Assembly: GCA_964016885.1 (NCBI GenBank)
Contig: OZ024741.1
Coordinates: 48,422,001-48,486,000 of the forward strand
Length of the DNA: 64,000 bases
Origin: Eledone cirrhosa
Taxonomy: Eukaryota
Reading direction: 5' to 3'
Shown here: piece after piece, positions 1 to 15,000 of the stretch
Layout: every line of letters starts with the position of its first letter
How positions within the stretch are numbered: the first letter of the stretch is position 1
Position numbers and translations under genes: made by a program
The notes under the pieces: model-generated
Databases searched by the model: none
What the model was told of the DNA's origin: nothing
The model's input: only the letters and a program-made list of their open reading frames with translations

Positions 1-3000
1 CCACACTGTATTGCCCTCTACCATTCTCAATCTTCATATAAACCCACACTGTATTGCCCTCTACCATTCTCAATCTTCATGTAAACCCACACTGTATTGC
101 CCTCTACCACCCTCAATCTTCATGTAAACCCCACTGTATTGCCCTCTACCATTCTCAATCTTCATGTAAACCCACACTGTATTGCCCTCTACCATTCTCA
201 ATCTTCATGTAAACCCACACTGTATTGCCCTCTACCATCCTCAATCTTCATATAAACCCACACTGTATTGCCCTCTACCATCCTCAATCTTCATGTAAAC
301 CGACACTGTATTGCCCTCTACCATCCTCAATCTTCATATAAACCCACACTTTATTGCCCTCTACCATCCTCAATCTTCATATAAACCCACACTGTATTGC
401 CCTCTACCATTCTCAATCTTCATGTAAACCCACACTGTATTGCTCTCTACCATCCTCAATCTTCATATAAACCCACACTGTATTGCCCTCTACCATTCTC
501 AATCTTCATGTAAACCCACACTGTATTGCTCTCTACCATCCTCAATCTTCATATAAACCCACACTGTATTGCCCTCTACCATTCTCAATCTTCATGTAAA
601 CCCACACTGTATTGCTCTCTACCATCCTCAATCTTCATATAAACCCACACTGTATTGCCCTCTACCATGCTCAATCTTCATATAAACCCACTCTGTATTG
701 CCCTCTACCATTCTCAATCTTCATATAAACCCACACTGTATTATCCTCTACCATCCTCAATCTTCATATAAACCCACACTGTATTGCCCTCTACCATGCT
801 CAATCTTCATGTAAATCCACACTGTATTGCTCTCTACCATCCTCAATCTTCATATAAACCCACTCTGTATTGCCCTCTACCATTCTCAATCTTCATATAA
901 ACCCACACTGTATTGTCCTCTACCATTCTCAATCTTCATGTAAACCCACAGTGTATTGCCCTCTACCATTCTCAATCTTCATGTAAACCCACACTGTATT
1001 GCCCTTTACCATTCTCAATCTTCATGTAAACCCACACTGTATTGCCCTCTACCATTCTCAATCTTCATGTAAAACCCATACTGTATTGCCCTCTACCATC
1101 CTCAATCTTCATGTAAACCCACAATGTATTGCCCTCTACCATCCTCAATCTTCATATAAACCCACACTGTATTGCCCATCACCATGGTCAATCTTCATAT
1201 AAACCAACACTGTATTGCCCTCTACCATCCTCAATCTTCATGTAAACCAATACTGTATTGCCCTCTACCATCCTCAATCTTCATGTAAACCCACATTGTA
1301 TTGCCCTCTACCATCCTCAATCTTCATGTAAACCCACACTGTATTGCCCTCTACCATCCCCAATCTTCATATAAACCCACACTGTATTGCCCTCTACCAT
1401 CCTCAATCTTCATGTAAACCCACACTCTATGGCCTCTACCATCCTCAATCGTCATGTAAACCCACACTGTATTGCCCTCTACCATTCTCAAGATTCATAT
1501 AAACCCACACTGTATTGCCCTCTACCATCCTCAATCTTCATATAAAACCACACTGTATGGCCTCTACCATCCTCAATCTTCATATAAACCCATACTATAT
1601 TGCCCTCTAACATTCTCAATCTTCATATAAACCCACACTGTGTTGCTCTCTACCATTCTCAATCTTCATGTAAACCCACACTGTATTGCCCTCTACCATG
1701 CTCAATCTTCATATAAACCCACACTGTATTGCCCTCTACCATCCTCAATCTTCATGTAAACGCACACTGTATGCCCTCTACTATTCTCAATCTTCATATA
1801 AACCCACACTGTATTGCCCTCTACCATTCTCAATCTTCATATAAACCCACACTTTATTGCCCTCTACTATTCTCAATCTTCATATAAACCCACACTGTAT
1901 TGCCCTCTACCATCCTCAATCTTCATATAAACCCACACTTTATTGCCCTCTACCGTCCTCAATCTTCATGTAAACCCACACCGTATTGCCCTCTACCATT
2001 CTCAATCTTCATGTAAACCCACACTGTATTGCCCTCTACCATCCTCAATCTTCATATAAACCCACACTGTATTGCCCTCTACCATTCTTAATCTTCATGT
2101 AAACCCACACTGTATTGCCCTCTAACATTCTCAATCTTCATATAAACCCACACTGTATTGCCCTCTACCGTCCTCAATCTTCATATAAACCCACACTGTA
2201 TTGCCCTCTACCATTCTCAATCTTCATATAAACCCACACTGTATTGCCCTCTAACATTCTCAATCTTCATATAAACCCACACTGTATTGCCCTCTACCGT
2301 CCTCAATCTTCATATAAACCCACACTGTATTGCCCTCTAACATTCTCAATCTTCATATAAACCCACACTGTATTGCCCTCTAACATTCTCAATCTTCATG
2401 TAAACCCACACTGTATTGCCCTCTACCATACTCAATCTTCATATAAACCCACACTGTATTGCTCTCTACCATTCTCAATCTTCATGTAAACCCACACTTT
2501 ATTGCCCTCTACTATTCTCAATCTTCATATAAACCCACACTGTATTGCCCTCTAACATTCTCAATCTTCATATAAACCCACACTGTATTGCTCTCTACCA
2601 TTCTCAATCTTCATGTAAACCCACACTGTATTGCCCTCTACCATTCTCAATCTTCATGTAAAACCCATACTGTATTGCCCTCTACCATCCTCAATCTTCA
2701 TGTAAACCCACAATGTATTGCCCTCTACCATCCTCAATCTTCATATAAACCCACACTGTATTGCCCTCTACCATCCTCAATCTTCATGTAAACCAATACT
2801 GTATTGCCCTCTACCATCCTCAATCTTCATGTAAACCCACATTGTATTGCCCTCTACCATCCTCAATCTTCATGTAAACCCACACTGTATTGCCCTCTAC
2901 CATCCCCAATCTTCATATAAACCCACACTGTATTGCCCTCTACCATCCTCAATCTTCATGTAAACCCACACTCTATGGCCTCTACCATCCTCAATCGTCA

Positions 3001-6000
3001 TGTAAACCCACACTGTATTGCCCTCTACCATTCTCAATATTCATATAAACCCACACTGTATTGCCCTCTACCATCCTCAATCTTCATATAAAACCACACT
3101 GTATGGCCTCTACCATCCTCAATCTTCATATAAACCCATACTATATTGCCCTCTAACATTCTCAATCTTCATATAAACCCACACTGTATTGCTCTCTACC
3201 ATTCTCAATCTTCATGTAAACCCACACTGTATTGCCCTCTACCATGCTCAATCTTCATATAAACCCACACTGTATTGCCCTCTACCATCCTCAATCTTCA
3301 TGTAAACGCACACCGTATGCCCTCTACTATTCTCAATCTTCATATAAACCCACACTGTATTGCCCTCTACCATTCTCAATCTTCATATAAACCCACACTT
3401 TATTGCCCTCTACTATTCTCAATCTTCATATAAACCCACACTGTATTGCCCTCTACCATCCTCAATCTTCATATAAACCCACACTTTATTGCCCTCTACC
3501 GTCCTCAATCTTCATGTAAACCCACACCGTATTGCCCTCTACCATTCTCAATCTTCATGTAAACCCACACTGTATTGCCCTCTACCATCCTCAATCTTCA
3601 TATAAACCCACACTGTATTGCCCTCTACCATTCTTAATCTTCATGTAAACCCACACTGTATTGCCCTCTAACATTCTCAATCTTCATATAAACCCACACT
3701 GTATTGCCCTCTACCGTCCTCAATCTTCATATAAACCCACACTGTATTGCCCTCTACCATTCTCAATCTTCATATAAACCCACACTGTATTGCCCTCTAA
3801 CATTCTCAATCTTCATATAAACCCACACTGTATTGCCCTCTAACATTCTCAATCTTCATATAAACCCACACTGTATTGCCCTCTACCGTCCTCAATCTTC
3901 ATATAAACCCACACTGTATTGCCCTCTAACATTCTCAATCTTCATATAAACCCACACTATTGCCCTCTAACATTCTCAATCTTCATGTAAACCCACACTG
4001 TATTGCTCTCTACCATTCTCAATCTCTATGTAAACCCACACTGTATTGCCCTCTACCATCCTCAATCTTCATATAAACCCACACTGTATTGCCCTCTACT
4101 ATTCTCAATCTTCATATAAACCCACACTGTATTGCCCTCTAACATTCTCAATCTTCATATAAACCCACACTGTATTGCTCTCTACCATTCTCAATCTTCA
4201 TGTAAACCCACACTGTATTGCCCTCTACCATGCTCAATCTTCATATAAACCCACACTGTATTGCCCTCTACCATCCTCAATCTTCATTTAAACCCACACT
4301 GTATTGCCCTCCACCTTTCTCAATCTTCATATAAACCCACACTGTATTGCCCTCTACCATCCTCAATCTTCATGTAAACCCACACTGTATGCACTCTACC
4401 ATTCTCAATCTTCATATAAACCCACACTGTATTGCCCTCTACCATCCTCAATCTTCATATAAACCCACACTGTATTGCCTCTACCATCCTCAATCTTCAT
4501 ATAAACCCAAACTGTATTGCCCTCTACCATTCTCAATTTTCATGTAAACCCACACTGTATTGCCCTCTACCATCCTCAATTTTCATATAAACCCACACTG
4601 TATTGCTCTCTACCATCCTCAATCTTCATATAAACCCACACTGTATTGCCCTCTACCATTCTCAATCTTCATATAAACCCACACTGTATTGTCCTCTACC
4701 ATCCTCAATCTTCATATAAACCCACGCTGTATTCCCCTCTACCATTCTCAATCTTCATGTAAACCCACACTGTATGGCCTCTAACATCCTCAATCTTCAT
4801 GTAAACCCACACTGTATTGCCCTCTACCATTCTCAATATTCATATAAACCCACACTGTATTGCCCTCTACCATCCTCAATCTTCATATAAAACCACACTG
4901 TATTGCCCTCTACCACCCTCAATCTTCATGTAAACCCACACTGGATTGCCCTCTACCATCCTCAATCTTCATGTAAACGCACACTGTATGCCCTCTACTA
5001 TTCTCAATCTTCATATAAACCCACACTGTATTGCCCTCTACCATCCTCAATCTTCATGTAAACCGACACTGTATTGCCCTCTACCATTCTCAATCTTCAT
5101 ATAAACCCACAGTGTATTGCCCTCTACCATTCTCAATCTTCATATAAACCCACACTGTATTGCCTCTACCATCCTCAATCTTCATATAAACCCACACTGT
5201 ATTGCCCTCTACCACCCTCAATCTTTATGTAAACCCACACTGGATTGCCCTCTACCATCCTCAATCTTCATGTAAACGCACACTGTATGCCCTCTACTAT
5301 TCTCAATCTTCATATAAACCCACACTGTATTGCCCTCTACCATTCTCAATCTTCATATACACCCACACTTTATTGCCCTCTACTATTCTCAATCTTCATA
5401 TAAACCCACACTGTATTGCCCTCTACCATCCTCAATCTTCATATAAACCCACACTTTATTGCCCTCTACCGTCCTCAATCTTCATGTAAACCCACACCGT
5501 ATTGCCCTCTACCATTCTCAATCTTCATGTAAACCCACACTGTATTGCCCTCTACCACCCTCAATCTTCATGTAAACGCACACTGTATTGCCCTCTACCA
5601 TTCTCAATCTTCATGTAAACCCACACTGTATTGCCCTCTACCATTCTCAATCTTCATGTAAACCCACACTGTATTGCCCTCTACCATCCTCAATCTTCAT
5701 ATAAACCCACACTGTATTGCCCTCTACCATCCTCAATCTTCATGTAAACCGACACTGTATTGCCCTCTACCATCCTCAATCTTCATATAAACCCACACTT
5801 TATTGCCCTCTACCATCCTCAATCTTCATATAAACCCACACTGTATTGCCCTCTACCATTCTCAACCTTCATGTAAACCCACACTGTATTGCTCTCTACC
5901 ATCCTCAATCTTCATGTAAACCCACACTGTATTGCCCTCTACCATTCTCAATCTTCATGTAAACCCACACTGTATTGCTCTCTACCATCCTCAATCTTCA

Positions 6001-9000
6001 TATAAACCCACACTGTATTGCCCTCTACCATTCTCAATCTTCATGTAAACCCACACTGTATTGCTCTCTACCATCCTCAATCTTCATATAAACCCACACT
6101 GTATTGCCCTCTACCATGCTCAATCTTCATATAAACCCACTCTGTATTGCCCTCTACCATTCTCAATCTTCATATAAACCCACACTGTATTATCCTCTAC
6201 CATCCTCAATCTTCATATAAACCCACACTGTATTGCCCTCTACCATGCTCAATCTTCATGTAAACCCACACTGTATTGCCCTCTACCATCCTCAATCTTC
6301 ATATAAACCCACACTGTATTGCCCATCACCATGGTCAATCTTCATATAAACCAACACTGTATTGCCCTCTACCATCCTCAATCTTCATGTAAACCAATAC
6401 TGTATTGCCCTCTACCATCCTCAATCTTCATATAAACCCACTCTGTATTGCCCTCTACCATTCTCAATCTTCATATAAACCCACACTGTATTGTCCTCTA
6501 CCATTCTCAATCTTCATGTAAACCCACAGTGTATTGCCCTCTACCATTCTCAATCTTCATGTAAACCCACACTGTATTGCCCTTTACCATTCTCAATCTT
6601 CATGTAAACCCACACTGTATTGCCCTCTACCATTCTCAATCTTCATGTAAAACCCATACTGTATTGCCCTCTACCATCCTCAATCTTCATGTAAACCCAC
6701 AATGTATTGCCCTCTACCATCCTCAATCTTCATATAAACCCACACTGTATTGCCCATCACCATGGTCAATCTTCATATAAACCAACACTGTATTGCCCTC
6801 TACCATCCTCAATCTTCATGTAAACCAATACTGTATTGCCCTCTACCATCCTCAATCTTCATGTAAACCCACATTGTATTGCCCTCTACCATCCTCAATC
6901 TTCATGTAAACCCACACTGTATTGCCCTCTACCATCCCCAATCTTCATATAAACCCACACTGTATTGCCCTCTACCATCCTCAATCTTCATGTAAACCCA
7001 CACTCTATGGCCTCTACCATCCTCAATCGTCATGTAAACCCACACTGTATTGCCCTCTACCATTCTCAATATTCATATAAACCCACACTGTATTGCCCTC
7101 TACCATCCTCAATCTTCATATAAAACCACACTGTATGGCCTCTACCATCCTCAATCTTCATATAAACCCATACTATATTGCCCTCTGACATTCTCAATCT
7201 TCATATAAACCCACACTGTATTGCTCTCTACCATTCTCAATCTTCATGTAAACCCACACTGTATTGCCCTCTACCATGCTCAATCTTCATATAAACCCAC
7301 ACTGTATTGCCCTCTACCATCCTCAATCTTCATGTAAACCCACACTGTATTGCCCTCCACCTTTCTCAATCTTCATATAAACCCACAATGTATTGCCCTC
7401 TACCATCCTCAATCTTCATGTAAACCCACACTGTATGCACTCTACCATTCTCAATCTTCATATAAACCCACACTGTATTGCCCTCTACCATCCTCAATCT
7501 TCATGTAAACCCACACTGTATTGCCCTCTACCATCCTCAATCTTCATGTAAACCCACACTGTATTGCCCTCTACGTTTCTCAATCTTCATATAAACCCAC
7601 ACTGTATTGCCCTCTACCATCCTCAATCTTCATGTAAACCCACACTGTATTGCCCTCTACCATCCTCAATCTTCATGTAAACCCACACTGTATTGCCCTC
7701 TACCATCCTCAATCTTCATGTAAACCCACACTGTATTGCCCTCTACCATTCTCAATCTTCATGTAAACCCACGCTGTATTGCCCTCTACCATTCTCAATC
7801 TTCATGTAAACCCACACTGTATGGCCTCTACCATCCTCAATCTTCATGTAAACCCACACTGTATTGCCCTCTACCATTCTCAATATTCATATAAACCCAC
7901 ACTGTATTGTCCTCTACCATCCTCAATCTTCATATAAAACCACACTCTATTGCCCTCTACCACCCTCAATCTTCATGTAAACCCACACTGGATTGCCCTC
8001 TACCATCCTCAATCTTCATGTAAACGCACACTGTATGCCCTCTACCATCCTCATTCATCATATAAACCCACACTGTATTGCCCTCTACCATCCTCAATCT
8101 TCATATAAACCCACACTGTATTGCCCTCTACCATCCTCAATCTTCATATATACCCACACTGTATTGCCCTCTACCATCCTCAATCTTCATATAAACCCAC
8201 ATTTTATTGCCCTCTACCATTCTCAATCTTCATATAAACCCACAGTGTATTGCCCTCTACCATTCTCAATCTTCATATAAACCCACACTGTATTGCCTCT
8301 ACCATCCTCAATCTTCATATAAACCCACACTGTATTGCCCTCTACCATTCTCAATCTTCATGTAAACCGACACTGTATTGCCCTCTACCATTCTCAATCT
8401 TCATATAAACCCACAGTGTATTGCCCTCTACCATTCTCAATCTTCATATAAACCCACACTGTATTGCCTCTACCATCCTCAATCTTCATATAAACCCAAA
8501 CTGTATTGCCCTCTACCATTCTCAATTTTCATGTAAACCCACACTGTATTGCCCTCTACCATCCTCAATCTTCATATAAAACCACACTGTATTGCCCTCT
8601 ACCACCCTCAATCTTCATGTAAACCCACACTGGATTGCCCTCTACCATCCTCAATCTTCATGTAAACCCACACTGTATTGCCCTCTACCATCCTCAATCT
8701 TCATATAAATCCACACTGTATTGCCCTCTACCATTCTTAATCTTCATGTAAACCCACACTGTATTGCCCTCTAACATTCTCAATCTTCATATAAACCCAC
8801 ACTGTATTGCCCTCTACCATTCTCAATCTTCATATAAACCCACACTGTATTGCCCTCTACCATTCTCAATCTTCATGTAAACCCACACTGTATTGCCCTC
8901 TACCACCCTCAATCTTCATGTAAACCCACACTGTATTGCCCTCTACCATTCTCAATCTTCATGTAAACCCACACTGTATTGCCCTCTACCATTCTCAATC

Positions 9001-12000
9001 TTCATGTAAACCCACACTGTATTGCCCTCTACCATCCTCAATCTTCATATAAACCCACACTGTATTGCCCTCTACCATCCTCAATCTTCATGTAAACCGA
9101 CACTGTATTGCCCTCTACCATCCTCAATCTTCATATAAACCCACACTTTATTGCCCTCTACCATCCTCAATCTTCATATAAACCCACACTGTATTGCCCT
9201 CTACCATTCTCAATCTTCATGTAAACCCACACTGTATTGCTCTCTACCATCCTCAATCTTCATATAAACCCACACTGTATTGCCCTCTACCATTCTCAAT
9301 CTTCATGTAAACCCACACTGTATTGCTCTCTACCATCCTCAATCTTCATATAAACGCACACTGTATTGCCCTCTACCATTCTCAATCTTCATGTAAACCC
9401 ACACTGTATTGCTCTCTACCATGCTCAATCTTCATATAAACCCACTCAGTATTGCCCTCTACCATTCTCAATCTTCATATAAACCCACACTGTATTATCC
9501 TCTACCATCATCAATCTTCATATAAACCCACACTGTATTGCCCTCTACCATTCTCAATCTTCATGTAAACCCACACTGTATTGCTGTCTACCATCCTCAA
9601 TCTTCATATAAACCCACTCTGTATTGCCCTCTACCATTCTCAATCTTCATATAAACCCACACTGTATTGTCCTCTACCATTCTCAATCTTCATGTAAACC
9701 CACACTGTATTGCCCTTTACCATTCTCAATCTTCATGTAAACCCACACTGTATTGCCCTCTACCATTCTCAATCTTCATGTAAAACCCATACTGTATTGC
9801 CCTCTACCATCCTCAATCTTCATGTAAACCCACAATGTATTGCCCTCTACCATCCTCAATCTTCATATAAACCCACACTGTATTGCCCATCACCATAGTC
9901 AATCTTCATATAAACCAACACTGTATTGCCCTCTACCATCCTCAATCTTCATGTAAACCAATACTGTATTGCCCTCTACCATCCTCAATCTTCATGTAAA
10001 CCCACATTGTATTGCCCTCTACCATCCTCAATCTTCATGTAAACCCACACTGTATTGCCCTCTACCATCCCCAATCTTCATATAAACCCACACTGTATTG
10101 CCCTCTACCATCCTCAATCTTCATGTAAACCCACACTCTATGCCCTCTACCATCCTCAATCGTCATGTAAACCCACACTGTATTGCCCTCTACCATTCTC
10201 AATATTCATATAAACCCACACTGTATTGCCCTCTACCATCCTCAATCTTCATATAAAACCACACTGTATGGCCTCTACCATCCTCAATCTTCATATAAAC
10301 CCACACTGTATTGCCCTCTAACATTCTCAATCTTCATATAAACACACACTGTATTGCTCTCTACCATTCTCAATCTTCATGTAAACCCACACTGTATTGC
10401 CCTCTACCATGCTCAATCTTCATATAAACCCACACTGTATTGCCCTCTACCATCCTCAATCTTCATGTAAACCCACACTGTATTGCCCTCCACCTTTCTC
10501 AATCTTCATATAAACCCACACTGTATTGCCCTCTACCATCCTCAATCTTCATGTAAACCCACACTGTATGCACTCTACCATTCTCAATCTTCATATAAAC
10601 CCACACTGTATTGCCCTCTACCGTCCTCAATCTTCATGTAAACCCACACCGTATTGCCCTCTACCATTCTCAATCTTCATGTAAACCCACACTGTATTGC
10701 CCTCTACCATCCTCAATCTTCATATAAACCCACACTGTATTGCCCTCTACCATTCTTAATCTTCATGTAAACCCACACTGTATAGCCCTCTAACATTCTC
10801 AATCTTCATATAAACCCACACTGTATTGCCCTCTACCGTCCTCAATCTTCATATAAACCCACACTGTATTGCCCTCTACCATTCTCAATCTTCATATAAA
10901 CCCACACTGTATTGCCCTCTAACATTCTCAATCTTCATATAAACCCACACTGTATTGCCCTCTAACATTCTCAATCTTCATATAAACCCACACTGTATTG
11001 CCCTCTACCGTCCTCAATCTTCATATAAACCCACACTGTATTGCCCTCTAACATTCTCAATCTTCATATAAACCCACACTGTATTGCCCTCTAACATTCT
11101 CAATCTTCATGTAAACCCACACTGTATTGCCCTCTACCATACTCAATCTTCATATAAACCCACACTGTATTGCTCTCTACCATTCTCAATCTTCATGTAA
11201 AACCACACTTTATTGCCCTCTACTATTCTCAATCTTCATATAAACCCACACTGTATTGCCCTCTAACATTCTCAATCTTCATATAAACCCACACTGTATT
11301 GCTCTCTACCATTCTCAATCTTCATGTAAACCCACACTGTATTGCCCTCTACCATGCTCAATCTTCATATAAACCCACACTGTATTGCCCTCTACCATCC
11401 TCAATCTTCATGTAAACCCACACTGTATTGCCCTCCACCTTTCTCAATCTTCATATAAACCCACACTGTATTGCCCTCTACCATCCTCAATCTTCATGTA
11501 AACCCACACTGTATGCACTCTACCATTCTCAATCTTCATATAAACCCACACTGTATTGCCCTCTACCATCCTCAATCTTCATATAAACCCACACTGTATT
11601 GCCTCTACCATCCTCAATCTTCATATAAACCCAAACTGTATTGCCCTCTACCATTCTCAATTTTCATGTAAACCCACACTGTATTGCCCTCTACCATCCT
11701 CAATTTTCATATAAACCCACACTGTATTGCTCTCTACCATCCTCAATCTTCATATAAACCCACTCTGTATTGCCCTCTACCATTCTCAATCTTCATATAA
11801 ACCCACACTGTATTGTCCTCTACCATCCTCAATCTTCATATAAACCCACGCTGTATTCCCCTCTACCATTCTCAATCTTCATGTAAACCCACACTGTATG
11901 GCCTCTAACATCCTCCATCTTCATGTAAACCCACACTGTATTGCCCTCTACCATTCTCAATATTCATATAAACCCACACTGTATTGCCCTCTACCATCCT

Positions 12001-15000
12001 CAATCTTCATATAAAACCACACTGTATTGCCCTCTACCACCCTCAATCTTCATGTAAACCCACACTGGATTGCCCTCTACCATCCTCAATCTTCATGTAA
12101 ACGCACACTGTATGCCCTCTACTATTCTCAATCTTCATATAAACCCACACTGTATTGCCCTCTACCATACTCAATCTTCATATAAACCCACACTGTATTG
12201 CCCTCTACCATCCTCAATCTTCATATAAACCCACACTGTATTGCCCTCTACCATCCTCAATCTTCATATAAACCCACACTTTATTGCCCTCTACCATTCT
12301 CAATCTTCATATAAACCCACAGTGTATTGCCCTCTACCATTCTCAATCTTCATATAAACCCACACTGTATTGCCTCTACCATCCTCAATCTTCATATAAA
12401 CCAACACTGTATTGCCCTCTACCATTCTCAATCTTCATGTAAACCGACACTGTATTGCCCTCTACCATTCTCAATCTTCATATAAACCCACAGTGTATTG
12501 CCCTCTACCATTCTCAATCTTCATATAAACCCACACTGTATTGCCTCTACCATCCTCAATCTTCATATAAACCCACACTGTATTGCCCTCTACCACCCTC
12601 AATCTTCATGTAAACCCACACTGGATTGCCTTCTACCATCCTCAATCTTCATGTAAACGCACACTGTATGCCCTCTACTATTCTCAATCTTCATATAAAC
12701 CCACACTGTATTGCCCCCTACCATTCTCAATCTTCATATAAACCCACACTTTATTGCCCTCTACTATTCTCAATCTTCATATAAACCCACACTGTATTGC
12801 CCTCTACCATCCTCAATCTTCATATAAACCCACACTTTATTGCCCTCTACCGTCCTCAATCTTCATGTAAACCCACACCGTATTGCCCTCTACCATTCTC
12901 AATCTTCATGTAAACCCACACTGTATTGCCCTCTACCATCCTCAATCTTCATATAAACCCACACTGTATTGCCCTCTACCATTCTTAATCTTCATGTAAA
13001 CCCACACTGTATTGCCCTCTAACATTCTCAATCTTCATATAAACCCACACTGTATTGCCCTCTACCATTCTCAATATTCATATAAACCCACACTGTATTG
13101 CCCTCTACCATCCTCAATCTTCATATAAAACCACACTGTATGGCCTCTACCATCCTCAATCTTCATATAAACCCACACTGTATTGCCCTCTAACATTCTC
13201 AATCTTCATATAAACACACACTGTATTGCTCTCTACCATTCTCAATCTTCATGTAAACCCACACTGTATTGCCCTCTACCATGCTCAATCTTCATATAAA
13301 CCCACACTGTATTGCCCTCTACCATCCTCAATCTTCATGTAAACCCACACTGTATTGCCCTCCACCTTTCTCAATCTTCATATAAACCCACACTGTATTG
13401 CCCTCTACCATCCTCAATCTTCATGTAAACCCACACTGTATGCACTCTACCATTCTCAATCTTCATATAAACCCACACTGTATTGCCCTCTACCGTCCTT
13501 AATCTTCATGTAAACCCACACCGTATTGCCCTCTACCATTCTCAATCTTCATGTAAACCCACACTGTATTGCCCTCTACCATCCTCAATCTTCATATCAA
13601 CCCACACTGTATTGCCCTCTACCATTCTTAATCTTCATGTAAACCCACACTGTATTGCCCTCTAACATTCTCAATCTTCATATAAACCCACACTGTATTG
13701 CCCTCTACCGTCCTCAATCTTCATATAAACCCACACTGTATTGCCCTCTACCATTCTCAATCTTCATATAAACCCACACTGTATTGCCCTCTAACATTCT
13801 CAATCTTCATATAAACCCACACTGTATTGCCCTCTAACATTCTCAATCTTCATATAAACCCACACTGTATTGCCCTCTACCGTCCTCAATCTTCATATAA
13901 ACCCACACTGTATTGCCCTCTAACATTCTCAATCTTCATATAAACCCACACTGTATTGCCCTCTAACATTCTCAATCTTCATATAAACCCACACTGTATT
14001 GCCCTCTACCGTCCTCAATCTTCATATAAACCCACACTGTATTGCCCTCTAACATTCTCAATCTTCATATAAACCCACACTGTATTGCCCTCTAACATTC
14101 TCAATCTTCATGTAAACCCACACTGTATTGCCCTCTACCATACTCAATCTTCATATAAACCCACACTGTATTGCTCTCTACCATTCTCAATCTTCATGTA
14201 AAACCACACTTTATTGCCCTCTACTATTCTCAATCTTCATATAAACCCACACTGTATTGCCCTCTAACATTCTCAATCTTCATATAAACCCACACTGTAT
14301 TGCTCTCTACCATTCTCAATCTTCATGTAAACCCACACTGTATTGCCCTCTACCATGCTCAATCTTCATATAAACCCACACTGTATTGCCCTCTACCATC
14401 CTCAATCTTCATGTAAACCCACACTGTATTGCCCTCCACCTTTCTCAATCTTCATATAAACCCACACTGTATTGCCCTCTACCATCCTCAATCTTCATGT
14501 AAACCCACACTGTATGCACTCTACCATTCTCAATCTTCATATAAACCCACACTGTATTGCCCTCTACCATCCTCAATCTTCATATAAACCCACACTGTAT
14601 TGCCTCTACCATCCTCAATCTTCATATAAACCCAAACTGTATTGCCCTCTACCATTCTCAATTTTCATGTAAACCCACACTGTATTGCCCCCTACCATCC
14701 TCAATTTTCATATAAACCCACACTGTATTGCTCTCTACCATCCTCAATCTTCATATAAACCCACTCTGTATTGCCCTCTACCATTCTCAATCTTCATATA
14801 AACCCACACTGTATTGTCCTCTACCATCCTCAATCTTCATATAAACCCACGCTGTATTCCCCTCTACCATTCTCAATCTTCATGTAAACCCACACTGTAT
14901 GGCCTCTAACATCCTCAATCTTCATGTAAACCCACACTGTATTGCCCTCTACCATTCTCAATATTCATATAAACCCACACTGTATTGCCCTCTACCATCC

